Positions 37,816 through 47,212 of a stretch of 64,000 nt of DNA are shown here, piece after piece. Position 1 is the stretch's first letter; each line of letters begins with the position of its first letter. Source of the stretch: an uncultured virus (IMG/VR IMGVR_UViG_3300027672_001707) (lineage: Duplodnaviria; Heunggongvirae; Uroviricota; Caudoviricetes); IMG/VR virus record IMGVR_UViG_3300027672_001707; one strand, 5' to 3'. Under the pieces are notes generated by a model that saw only the letters and a program-made list of their open reading frames with translations, was not told where the DNA came from and searched no databases. The translations under genes were made by a program, and so were the position numbers.

Positions 37816-38301
37816 ATGTTTAGTGGATTAAAAATCGGACTACTCTTACTCGTACTTGCAGGAGCAGGTGGCGGGTTTTTGTATGTCAAAGGACTTAAAG
37901 CAGACTTGGCAGTAAGTGAAGCCAACAATGTGAAATTGGAAGACAGTGTAAACAGTCAACAAGCAGTCATTGGACAAATGAAAGCAGATTTTAATTCCAT
38001 TAATAAAGCCAATGAACAGTTAAGAAGTATGGTACAAGTACTAAATTCAGAACTAACTGCATTGGATCAAAAATTTAATAAAATTAACGGCAAAGGTGAA
38101 GCAAGAGATTTAGGCGACCTTGCTGTTAAGAAATCAAAAGTAATAGAGAAAATAATCAATCGAGGAACTGCTAATAGCAAACGTTGTTTTGAAATAGCAA
38201 TGGGTAGTGCCTTAACGGAGAAAGAGATCAATGCTACTAAGAAGTCACAAATCAATAGTGAATGTCCTAGTCTCGCTAATCCTAATTACGTTCCTTACTA
38301 G
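37816..38301 (+). CDS. i-spanin-like protein
   Basis: N-terminal TM plus coiled coil, directly after endolysin. Confidence 0.7.
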   Translation: MFSGLKIGLLLLVLAGAGGGFLYVKGLKADLAVSEANNVKLEDSVNSQQAVIGQMKADFNSINKANEQLRSMVQVLNSELTALDQKFNKINGKGEARDLGDLAVKKSKVIEKIINRGTANSKRCFEIAMGSALTEKEINATKKSQINSECPSLANPNYVPY

Positions 38302-38617
38302 TTGCTCATCAGCAGTTAAACAGTTGGAAATATTTAAGGTAGAAGAGAAGCGACAACCTCTTAATCTAGAAGCACCTGCTCAAGCACAATTAGATGATAT
38401 AAGTTGGATAATCATTAATAGTGAAAATGCAGAGGAAGTATTTGCTAAACTAGAAAAAGAGAATACAGATCAAGTTATATTCGGATTAACTGACGAAGGC
38501 TACGAAGCACTGTCTAAAAACTTTGCACAAATTAGAGCCTATATGATTAAACAAGACGCAATCATAAAACAGTATAAAAAGTATTACGAGTCTGAAGAAT
38601 CTAACAAAAAGGAATAA
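38231..38617 (+). CDS. o-spanin-like lipoprotein
   Basis: lipobox LTSC; overlaps 3' end of i-spanin. Confidence 0.7.
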   Translation: MLLRSHKSIVNVLVSLILITFLTSCSSAVKQLEIFKVEEKRQPLNLEAPAQAQLDDISWIIINSENAEEVFAKLEKENTDQVIFGLTDEGYEALSKNFAQIRAYMIKQDAIIKQYKKYYESEESNKKE

Positions 38618-38805
38618 TGAGTAGAAAAACTAATACAATGTTAATAGGCTTACTAGGTACAATCCTAATGGGATTGGCAACATGGACATTAGTTACATTA
38701 ATAGAATTACAACTTTTAGTATCTATGATTCAACAAGATTTATTCAGTATTGATAAACAATTTGGTAGAGTATATAGTTTTATAGATTCAGTTCGATCGA
38801 AGTAA
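38617..38805 (+). CDS. small membrane protein
   Basis: hydrophobic; coupled ORF. Confidence 0.6.
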   Translation: MSRKTNTMLIGLLGTILMGLATWTLVTLIELQLLVSMIQQDLFSIDKQFGRVYSFIDSVRSK

Positions 38806-39017
38806 TGAGACTTATGTGGTGTATAGCATTAGCCATGTTAATGAGCAGTTGTACAGTAAACTACAAAAAATGCAAACTAGACCCTACTCCTGAGATTAAA
38901 GTTGAAACATCAGAAGATGGTACGGAAACTACAACATCGAAAAAAGGAGATGTTGCAGAAATAGGTGATGCAACTATTAGTGTTAATCCTAAAGCAATCC
39001 TGTCTTGTCCATTTTAA
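38805..39017 (+). CDS. small lipoprotein
   Basis: lipobox-like MSSC. Confidence 0.6.
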   Translation: MRLMWCIALAMLMSSCTVNYKKCKLDPTPEIKVETSEDGTETTTSKKGDVAEIGDATISVNPKAILSCPF

Positions 39018-39047
39018 TAAATAATATTAACAAATAAAGGATACAAC

Positions 39048-39308
39048 ATGGATTATATTACAACAATGATTGGCGATATGTTTGGAAACCGCTTATGGAT
39101 ATGGACTGCAATCGCAGGTTCAATAGTTGGTTTAGCATTTTCAACATACTTCAAAAGTACACGAATAGGACTTTGGTTATATAGTAAGTTCGATAGTGCA
39201 GTAGATTTTCTAGTAAACCGTTGGGGTTGGACTTGGTTTCAACAACAGCCTACTAGACTAGATAAAATTGAAGAAAGACTAACAAGTTTAGAAAAGAAAA
39301 GAAGATAA
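39048..39308 (+). CDS. membrane protein (holin candidate)
   Basis: TM helix, basic C-terminus, late promoter 39017, next to lysis genes. Confidence 0.55.
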   Translation: MDYITTMIGDMFGNRLWIWTAIAGSIVGLAFSTYFKSTRIGLWLYSKFDSAVDFLVNRWGWTWFQQQPTRLDKIEERLTSLEKKRR

Positions 39309-40028
39309 ATGTTTAACCCTGGAATATATGATCCGGGGGTACAACAAGAATACAAAGACCATTTCGCTAACAAGGGCTGGTTAGCCGTAGACAACATCCT
39401 AACACACGAATTCATTACATCAGTTTACGCATCGGTACCTACACTCGAATACGACTACAGAGGCGGAGTTGGTGATTGGTATGAAACTGTACCTTCCACA
39501 AAACCTGCAGAAGGAGAACTGCTAAAGCAGAAAATCCTTCATGGCAATCCTAATAATGATAAGTTTTCCTATTTTCACAGAGTAGCAATGATTCGAAGAG
39601 ATGGTTATTTCGAATGTCAAAATACAGATGAGTTTGCATCCAATGTTGGAAATACTAAAGGTGACAGCACGTTTAAAGAATGGGTAGAAAATGTTACACA
39701 GTTTGATAACTTGTTTACTACATTCCCCACATTTAGTTACTATAGTTACGATAACTGGATCACCCCACATTATGATCCTACTAGAAAAGTTGCTTTTTTG
39801 TTTTACTTTAATGAAGAATGGAGAGCAGAATGGGGTGGACAACTATGTTTAACAGATGAACATAACAAAGTACACACTACAATAGCACCCGCAGGCAACA
39901 GATTAGTGCTCTTAGATGTGTCAAAGACGTCGTTTAACAAGCATTTTGTTAGTCCAGTTAGTTTTGTAGCACCTAAACCACGTTATAGTTTAGTAGGTTG
40001 GTATAGCGAAAGAAACCTTAAAAAATAG
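39309..40028 (+). CDS. 2OG-Fe(II) oxygenase (prolyl-hydroxylase-like)
   Basis: PHYD...WGGQL...HFVSPV...RYSLVGW. Confidence 0.85.
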   Translation: MFNPGIYDPGVQQEYKDHFANKGWLAVDNILTHEFITSVYASVPTLEYDYRGGVGDWYETVPSTKPAEGELLKQKILHGNPNNDKFSYFHRVAMIRRDGYFECQNTDEFASNVGNTKGDSTFKEWVENVTQFDNLFTTFPTFSYYSYDNWITPHYDPTRKVAFLFYFNEEWRAEWGGQLCLTDEHNKVHTTIAPAGNRLVLLDVSKTSFNKHFVSPVSFVAPKPRYSLVGWYSERNLKK

Positions 40029-40082
40029 CCATCTACGATAAATATCAGTGTAGTTAAGAAAACACACTAGGAGATCGTATCT

Positions 40083-40376
40083 ATGGATTCACAAACAAAA
40101 AAGATCAACATCGAACTTGAAGTTGATACCAAAACAGTAGACAGTAGCAAGAACCCTTTTCAATGGTTAATATTTTTAGCAAAAGCAGTAGACAGTTGGA
40201 GAATATTCCCAAGAGCATTTTTGACTGTATACATAGTATTACTATACAAAGTAGTATTATGGTACATGAATTTAGATGCACCGAGTATGGAACAATCAGG
40301 TCTTGTTTCAATCGTAGTTGGTGCTGGCGCGGCTTGGTTTGGTTTATACACTGGAACTTCCAAAAACAAAAGTTAA
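40083..40376 (+). CDS. two-TM membrane protein (holin-like candidate)
   Basis: two hydrophobic helices, basic C-terminal tail; late promoter 40038. Confidence 0.65.
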   Translation: MDSQTKKINIELEVDTKTVDSSKNPFQWLIFLAKAVDSWRIFPRAFLTVYIVLLYKVVLWYMNLDAPSMEQSGLVSIVVGAGAAWFGLYTGTSKNKS

Positions 40377-40419
40377 ATAAAGACTTGCATCTTTACTCTA
40401 GATGTAGTATAATATATTC

Positions 40420-41217
40420 ATGAGTAACTATTATACAACCTTAGGCGTTAACGCAAACGCCACACAGTCAGAGTTAAAGAAGGCATACAAAAAGTTAAGT
40501 ATGACTCATCACCCGGACAAAGGTGGTGATGCAGAACAGTTTAAGGCAATTAACGAAGCCTACTCTACACTTAAAGATCCTGCCAAAAGACAACAGTACG
40601 ATAATCCTGCACCACAAGGTTGGCAACAGGGTTGGGCCGCTGGCGAAGATGCACCTGATATTTCAGATATGTTTGCACATATGTTTGGTAAAGGATTTCA
40701 ACGTCCTGGACAAGCAGGACGCCGTGGACAAGATGTTAATTTAACAATGCCAATGACACTAGAGGAAATTGCTAGTGGTATAAAGAAAACTATATCAGTT
40801 ACAGTTGCAGGCAAAGAAAAGATTATACAAGTTGATATACCGCCAGGTGTACCAAGAGGACAACGAATTAGATATGCAGGTGAAGGTAATCCAGGTGCAG
40901 TACCAGGTGACCTATTATTAAATATCAAAGAGTTACCACATCATCGTTTTGAACGACAAGGTAACGACATATACAGTATGCAAGAAATAAGTGTATGGGA
41001 AGCATTAATAGGCACAGAGAAAGAACTTACAACTGTTAACGAACGTAAGATAAAATACAAGATTCAACCCGGTTCACAACCCGAAAGTCGTGTAAAATTA
41101 GCACATCAGGGCATAAACCAAGGACATCACTACATTATTCTTCATATTAATGTACCTAAGGACTTGACAGATCAGCAAAAACAAGTTATATTAAGTATAA
41201 TGAATGGACAATTATGA
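40420..41217 (+). CDS. dnaJ: DnaJ/CbpA-type co-chaperone (no zinc finger)
   Basis: J-domain HPD; GDL and C-terminal domain; leaderless after TTGCAT-17-TATAAT. Confidence 0.92.
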   Translation: MSNYYTTLGVNANATQSELKKAYKKLSMTHHPDKGGDAEQFKAINEAYSTLKDPAKRQQYDNPAPQGWQQGWAAGEDAPDISDMFAHMFGKGFQRPGQAGRRGQDVNLTMPMTLEEIASGIKKTISVTVAGKEKIIQVDIPPGVPRGQRIRYAGEGNPGAVPGDLLLNIKELPHHRFERQGNDIYSMQEISVWEALIGTEKELTTVNERKIKYKIQPGSQPESRVKLAHQGINQGHHYIILHINVPKDLTDQQKQVILSIMNGQL

Positions 41218-41687
41218 GACTAACAAAAGAACTGTTAAATATTACTACACAACCTGTGGTGTTTGATACCTTTGCACAGAAAATAGAAAACGAACGTTTA
41301 TCTGTTATTATGTTTGGATTTATGAGAGAATCAAATGGTATTGGACTAGCCGCAAATCAAGTAGGAATAGATACTAGTTTGTTTGTATCATTTGTAGACG
41401 GAAAATATAATGCTTATTACAACCCTGTGTTACTAGAATGGGGAGATGAATTAAGTAAGTTTGACGAAGGCTGTTTAAGTTTTGCAGGCGAAAGCATTAT
41501 AGTAGAAAGACCTGAATGGATTAAACTAGAATGGCAAGACCATAAAGGAAACAAAAGTAAGAAAATATTAGATGGGATAAATGCTAGAGTGTGTTTACAT
41601 GAATACGATCACTTAAAAGGCATTACGTTCCAACAAAGAGTTAACAATACAAATATACCGGAAGAGTTATTATATGTTAAGACCTAA
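41214..41687 (+). CDS. def: peptide deformylase
   Basis: GIGLAANQVG, EGCLS, HEYDHLKG. Confidence 0.95.
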   Translation: MRLTKELLNITTQPVVFDTFAQKIENERLSVIMFGFMRESNGIGLAANQVGIDTSLFVSFVDGKYNAYYNPVLLEWGDELSKFDEGCLSFAGESIIVERPEWIKLEWQDHKGNKSKKILDGINARVCLHEYDHLKGITFQQRVNNTNIPEELLYVKT

Positions 41688-44010
41688 CCCAGAAATAGAA
41701 ATGATAGTCGAAAAGGCTAGTGAGTTCGCGGCAAAATACGGACACACATATGTTACAACTGAACACTTATCACTTGCGTTAATCAACTATAAAAACTTTA
41801 GGATTATGATCGAAGAGTATGGCTCAGATTGGCAAGGACTTAATGATGCATTTGTAAAGTATCTTACAGAAAACAACTTTGGTAAAAAGACAGCAGAAGG
41901 TAAAGAGATTAAACTTCTAAGAACTCATGCATTAGAACGTGTATTCAACAGAGCATATACACAAGTGCTATTTGGTGGCAGAGAGCATATGCAAACGATA
42001 GATATCTTTTTAAGTATCTGTCAAGAGGACAAAGGTTATTCAGTATTCTTGTTCAAAAAGTTTGGTATTGGCAAACAAGCATTAGTTGATTTCTTTAATG
42101 AAACTTATGTACATGACAATCCACATATGGATGCATTAGATAAGGAAGAAGCAGAACGTACATTAGATGAGTTCTGTGTAGACTTAAACAAGTTAGCAAA
42201 AAATGGCGAAATTGATCCTGTTATCGGTAGACAGTTTGAAATTGATGAACTGTGTCAAATACTAGGTAAAAGAAACAAAAGTAACGTACTACTAGTTGGC
42301 GATCCCGGTGTTGGTAAAACTGCTATTGCAGAAGGACTAGCAAACAAAATTATTAATGGCGAAGTACCTGAGTACTTAAAAGAAGCAACAATCTACAGTT
42401 TAGATATTGGTGGATTAGTTGCAGGTAGTAAGTACAGAGGCGAGTTCGAAGAAAAAATTAAAGACGTATTTGAAAGTTTACAAGCCAAAAAAGGTAGTAT
42501 TGTATTCATCGATGAAGCACATACTATGAGAGGTGCAGGTGCTACTAGTGGTAGTGGTCCTGACTTTGCACAAATGGTTAAGCCTTATATTACCAGAGGA
42601 CTAAGAGTTATTGCAAGTACAACCTGGGAAGAATACAATACAAGTTTTGAAAAAGACAGAGCATTAATGAGAAGGTTCTACAGACTAACAGTAGATGAAC
42701 CAACTCCAGGTGTTGCTAAAGATATCCTTAAAGGATTAAAGAAATACTTTGAAGAGTATCATACTGCAAAAATTACAGTAGATGCAATTAATGCCGCAGT
42801 TGATTTAAGTGTAAGGTTCCAAACTGATAAACGTTTACCTGATAAAGCAATTGACTTAATAGATAGTGCTTGTGCTAAACAACGGTTATTAAACAGAAGT
42901 AACTTTAAAATTACAAAGCAACAAATACTTGAAGAATTAAGTAAAGCAGTTAAGATACCTGTAGACCAATTAGGTAGTTCTAGTAGTGGAGTCAAAGAAG
43001 AAGAAGATTTAGACGACATTCAAAGCAAAATTAAACACGAACTATACGGACAAGACAAAGCAGTTGACACAATTATGGATAGAGTAATTGTAACAAGAGC
43101 AGGATTAAAATCACACAGTAAGCCAGTCGGAAGTTACTTACTAGTAGGACCAACAGGTACTGGTAAAACAGAGTTGGCTAAACTATTAAGTGAAAACTTA
43201 CATATGAAATTGTTAAGATTTGATATGGGAGAGTACCAAGAGAAGCACACAGTGGCTAGACTTATTGGAGCACCTCCAGGATATGTAGGATACGAAGATG
43301 GTAACTTAGGTGGTGGTTTACTTGTAAGCCAAGTTGAAAAGAATCCTAATGCTATTATCTTGTTTGATGAAATTGAGAAAGCACACCCTGACGTTACTAA
43401 CGTATTACTATCGTTAATGGACGAAGGATTTGTAACAAGTACAAACGGTAAAAGAGCAGATGCTCGAAACTGTATTATATTGTTAACAAGTAACTTAGGT
43501 GCTAAAGAATCTGAGAAGCGAGGTATTGGCTTTAACTCTGCAGAAGAGAATGACAATGCAAGTACAGAAGAAGTTAAAAAGTTCTTTGCTCCTGAATTTA
43601 GAAACAGATTAGACGGAATGATTAAGTTTAATAAACTGGATCAAGGCATTATGCGTAAGATTGTTATTAAGTTTATTGACGAGATAAACGAACTAATGAT
43701 TGAAAAAGGATTGCACATTACTATTGGCGAAAGTGCAGTAGAGGAACTTGCTAAACGTGGGTACGATCCATTGATGGGTGCAAGACCTTTGAAACGTGTA
43801 ATTGAAAACGATATTAAAATTCCGTTATCCAAAGCAATTATAAAAGACAAGCCTATTGCAGGAACTAAAATTATGTTAAACTTTGTAAAAGACAAGTTCG
43901 ATTTTGAATATAAAGTTGAAGATAACATTGTTGATAAAGTTGCACCAGCACCAGGCGTTGACCCAAACGGGTTGATTGTACTGGATCAATTCAAACCAAA
44001 AGCAGTATAG
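41674..44010 (+). CDS. clpA: ClpA-type AAA+ unfoldase
   Basis: two Walker A motifs (GDPGVGKT, GPTGTGKT); GYVG pore loop; IGF ClpP-docking loop; no ClpB middle domain. Confidence 0.9.
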   Translation: MLRPNPEIEMIVEKASEFAAKYGHTYVTTEHLSLALINYKNFRIMIEEYGSDWQGLNDAFVKYLTENNFGKKTAEGKEIKLLRTHALERVFNRAYTQVLFGGREHMQTIDIFLSICQEDKGYSVFLFKKFGIGKQALVDFFNETYVHDNPHMDALDKEEAERTLDEFCVDLNKLAKNGEIDPVIGRQFEIDELCQILGKRNKSNVLLVGDPGVGKTAIAEGLANKIINGEVPEYLKEATIYSLDIGGLVAGSKYRGEFEEKIKDVFESLQAKKGSIVFIDEAHTMRGAGATSGSGPDFAQMVKPYITRGLRVIASTTWEEYNTSFEKDRALMRRFYRLTVDEPTPGVAKDILKGLKKYFEEYHTAKITVDAINAAVDLSVRFQTDKRLPDKAIDLIDSACAKQRLLNRSNFKITKQQILEELSKAVKIPVDQLGSSSSGVKEEEDLDDIQSKIKHELYGQDKAVDTIMDRVIVTRAGLKSHSKPVGSYLLVGPTGTGKTELAKLLSENLHMKLLRFDMGEYQEKHTVARLIGAPPGYVGYEDGNLGGGLLVSQVEKNPNAIILFDEIEKAHPDVTNVLLSLMDEGFVTSTNGKRADARNCIILLTSNLGAKESEKRGIGFNSAEENDNASTEEVKKFFAPEFRNRLDGMIKFNKLDQGIMRKIVIKFIDEINELMIEKGLHITIGESAVEELAKRGYDPLMGARPLKRVIENDIKIPLSKAIIKDKPIAGTKIMLNFVKDKFDFEYKVEDNIVDKVAPAPGVDPNGLIVLDQFKPKAV

Positions 44011-44038
44011 TACAATTACTAATACGATAAGTAGTAGT

Positions 44039-44722
44039 ATGAGTACCAATCAGAGATTATTTTATAATCGATTTAAGTATCGCATTAGGTTCAGTCTTAG
44101 ACGAGGAGCCAGTTTAATGCGAAGTTGTTATCACTACAAGGACGACTTGGAAGTTCTTAATACATTAGATCGTATGCGTAACACTGAACTCGAGTATGCA
44201 AACACTTCTCAAGGGTTTTTTACTAAAGGTGGTAATTGGGTTCTTGATGAGAAAGAAGTAGAGTACTTATTAAGCATATATGCTTTTAGACAAAATTTTG
44301 ATCCACAAGGTAAAGTTAGAGTCGAATGTCCAATAGTTGACTTTTATTCTAATAGTGAAGATTATGTTAAACGTGCCGAAGACACCGGTATACAAAATGT
44401 TGAAATCACTAGAAGCCTTACAGAAGATCCTAACGTTATTGTTACAGATAAACTGCCATATGGTGTGTACAATTTAAAGTGTATTACACGGTATTCCTGG
44501 GTACAAGAAGATGTTATTGATGCATTACTAAATTACCAAATGTCAGGGGATATTAGAATGCCCTGGACATGGGAAACAAGAAGAATGTATAATTATGGAC
44601 ACCCGTTAAAGGAAAAGCCATTACCAGAATACATATATGCTAAAGATAATGACAGCATTCTAATGCTTAACTTAATAGCAGGTGATGTTATCAATACGAT
44701 ATACACTTACCGAATAGCATAA
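44039..44722 (+). CDS. hypothetical protein, leaderless late gene
   Basis: ATAAGTA 5 nt before ATG 44039. Confidence 0.7.
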   Translation: MSTNQRLFYNRFKYRIRFSLRRGASLMRSCYHYKDDLEVLNTLDRMRNTELEYANTSQGFFTKGGNWVLDEKEVEYLLSIYAFRQNFDPQGKVRVECPIVDFYSNSEDYVKRAEDTGIQNVEITRSLTEDPNVIVTDKLPYGVYNLKCITRYSWVQEDVIDALLNYQMSGDIRMPWTWETRRMYNYGHPLKEKPLPEYIYAKDNDSILMLNLIAGDVINTIYTYRIA

Positions 44723-44747
44723 ATAGTTATACAATTAGGAATACAAC

Positions 44748-45110
44748 ATGACAACAACATTAATCACAAGTACAACACACGGTGCGGCATCCGGTAATTA
44801 TGACGGTTCAGCAACTTCTTTCTTTAGTATTAAGGCTGAAGGTGATGGATACTACGGATATACTGATGGCTTACATACTGTCGCAGTGTTTCCTAATGCA
44901 TTTGTAGGTATAATTACTTTCCAAGGTACATTGGCTACAGACCCAGCAGATACTGATTGGTTTGATATACCTGGAATAACAGTTGGCGATGGTTCGACAG
45001 GTACAAGTACTGCCGTTACTGGAAACATGACTGGCAACTTTATTTGGCTAAGAGCAAAAGTTACATCATTTACTGCTGGTTCAATTACTAAAGTACAATT
45101 CAATTACTAA
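44748..45110 (+). CDS. virion structural protein (beta-sandwich-like)
   Basis: late promoter; Gly/Thr-rich; FIWLRA. Confidence 0.7.
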   Translation: MTTTLITSTTHGAASGNYDGSATSFFSIKAEGDGYYGYTDGLHTVAVFPNAFVGIITFQGTLATDPADTDWFDIPGITVGDGSTGTSTAVTGNMTGNFIWLRAKVTSFTAGSITKVQFNY

Positions 45111-45123
45111 AGGCTAAACACCC

Positions 45124-45819
45124 GTGTTAGATTTCACCGACAATGATGTTTCGGCAATCCGGAACAGTCATATAAGTTTTATGGTACCCTGTTATGGCGG
45201 CGCCGTATTTGAAAGTTTCTTTGTTAGTTTCGTTAGAAACGTAATAGGGTTCTCAGGTAATAATTTAAAATTTTCATTAGAAACAATATCCAACGAAAGT
45301 TTAGTTACTAGAGCTAGAAACAATCTGATTGCCAAGAGTATGGCAAACCCCGAAGCAACACACTTCATGTTTATAGATGCAGATATTTCATTTGATGTTA
45401 CTGATGTGTATCGTTTGTTAACTGCAAACAAAGATGTTATCGGTGGTTTATATCCTAAAAAGAATTATCCCATACAGTATGTTACTAATACTATAAATGG
45501 CGAAGAACAACTAGAAACAGGTATACAAGAAGTTGAAGACATAGGCACAGGGTTTATGTTGATTAAACGAAGTTGTATTGAAAAGATGTTTACTAGGTAT
45601 CACGACTTAAAGTATAACAATCAACTCAACTTAGACGAGCGATTTGAGCCGTTTATGTATGCGTTATTCGACACATGGCTACTTCCAAATGGCAATTACA
45701 TTAGCGAAGACTATACTTTCTGCAAACGTTGGAAAGATATGGGCGGTAAAGTATATGCACACAATGATGTTAAATTGGGCCACAGTGGTTATCATACGTT
45801 CTCTTCATCAACAACATAA
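45124..45819 (+). CDS. GT2-like glycosyltransferase
   Basis: ESLVTRARN, FIDAD, GTGFMLI, SEDYTFC. Confidence 0.85.
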   Translation: MLDFTDNDVSAIRNSHISFMVPCYGGAVFESFFVSFVRNVIGFSGNNLKFSLETISNESLVTRARNNLIAKSMANPEATHFMFIDADISFDVTDVYRLLTANKDVIGGLYPKKNYPIQYVTNTINGEEQLETGIQEVEDIGTGFMLIKRSCIEKMFTRYHDLKYNNQLNLDERFEPFMYALFDTWLLPNGNYISEDYTFCKRWKDMGGKVYAHNDVKLGHSGYHTFSSSTT

Positions 45820-45847
45820 ATACACTATATAGGAGAATAACACAAGT

Positions 45848-47212
45848 ATGAATCATTTAGTAGTTTATCCAGGCAGATTTCACCCCTTTCATAAGGGTCA
45901 TGCTAGTGTGTATGCCGCATTAGTTAAAAAGTTCGGTGCGGATAAAGTATTCATTGCAACAAGCGATAAAGTTCTTCCACCTAAAAGTCCTTTTACTTTT
46001 GAAGAAAAGAAGAAGATGATGATACACACAGGTATTCCTGCAAGTGCTATTATACAAACTAAGAATCCATATCAAGCACAAGAATTAGTAGCAAACTACG
46101 ATCCAGCAAACACAATATTAATGTTTGCTGTTAGTGATAAAGATATGGCTGAAGATCCACGTTTTACATTTAAGCCTAAGAAAGATGGTAGCCCAAGTTA
46201 CTTTCAAAAAGCAGGCAAAGGCATGGAGTCATTAGACAAGCACGGATATATTGTATCAGTACCAACATTAAGTTTTAAAGTGTTAGGTGAGCCAATGAAA
46301 AGTGCAACAGAATTTAGAAGCAACTTTGCAAAAGCAGACGACGATATGCAGGAACAAATGATTACTGATTTATTTGGTAGTTACAATCCAGAGATACACG
46401 AACTGATGAAAGCAAAAATTACAGAGTTTGTTGTTAAGAATCCAGGTCGTAAAGAAACAGGACAATGGAAAAAAGATAAAAAGTTACCAAATTTAAAAAT
46501 TCAAACTAAACCAAGCAAGTTTGTAAAAAGAAAAGAACTTGAAAAAATGCCAGAACATAGCATTAGCGACTTGCATACCAAGTATAGCATGGAAGCCGCA
46601 GGTGCAGGCATTGTTACTAAACAAAATGCAACTAAAGATGTTCCTGTAGGTGGCGAATTTGATAATGTTAAGAAATTAAGTTTAAGTAGTAAAAAGAAAA
46701 AACCTTTCATTAGTAGAATGGAAGCAGTTATAAAAGAAGTACAACTTTTAAAACAAGATAAAACGTTAACGTTTGAAGATTCAAATAAAATTAATACTAA
46801 ACTTGAACAGTTAAAATCAGTAGTGCAAATACACAACAATACAGCAATCGTTGAAAGCCTTTACACATTAGACCGTGAAGACATTATGAACAGTGAAGTA
46901 CTAGTTCAAGGTGTTGGGCGTTATACTATTAAATCATTAATGGCAAACGTACACAGTAAGTTAAAAGATTTGGCTAGTAAAGCATCTACATTAACTAACG
47001 GCGGTATGCCAAGTGACTTTAAAGATATTAAAAGCCACTTAGATAGTGGAATAGTGCAACTAATGGTATCATCGTTGGAAACAGCATTTGATGATATTGA
47101 AAAGAAAAGACGTGCAGGCGGCAAACAAAGCCAAGGTATCCCTAAAAACGTATTTGATAGTTTTGAAACAGATTTAAGGGAATCTTGGATTAGAAAACAA
47201 AAGAGAAAATAA
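45848..47212 (+). CDS. HxGH nucleotidyltransferase fused to Glu-punctuated modules
   Basis: YPGRFHPFHKGH; late promoter 45816. Confidence 0.8.
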   Translation: MNHLVVYPGRFHPFHKGHASVYAALVKKFGADKVFIATSDKVLPPKSPFTFEEKKKMMIHTGIPASAIIQTKNPYQAQELVANYDPANTILMFAVSDKDMAEDPRFTFKPKKDGSPSYFQKAGKGMESLDKHGYIVSVPTLSFKVLGEPMKSATEFRSNFAKADDDMQEQMITDLFGSYNPEIHELMKAKITEFVVKNPGRKETGQWKKDKKLPNLKIQTKPSKFVKRKELEKMPEHSISDLHTKYSMEAAGAGIVTKQNATKDVPVGGEFDNVKKLSLSSKKKKPFISRMEAVIKEVQLLKQDKTLTFEDSNKINTKLEQLKSVVQIHNNTAIVESLYTLDREDIMNSEVLVQGVGRYTIKSLMANVHSKLKDLASKASTLTNGGMPSDFKDIKSHLDSGIVQLMVSSLETAFDDIEKKRRAGGKQSQGIPKNVFDSFETDLRESWIRKQKRK

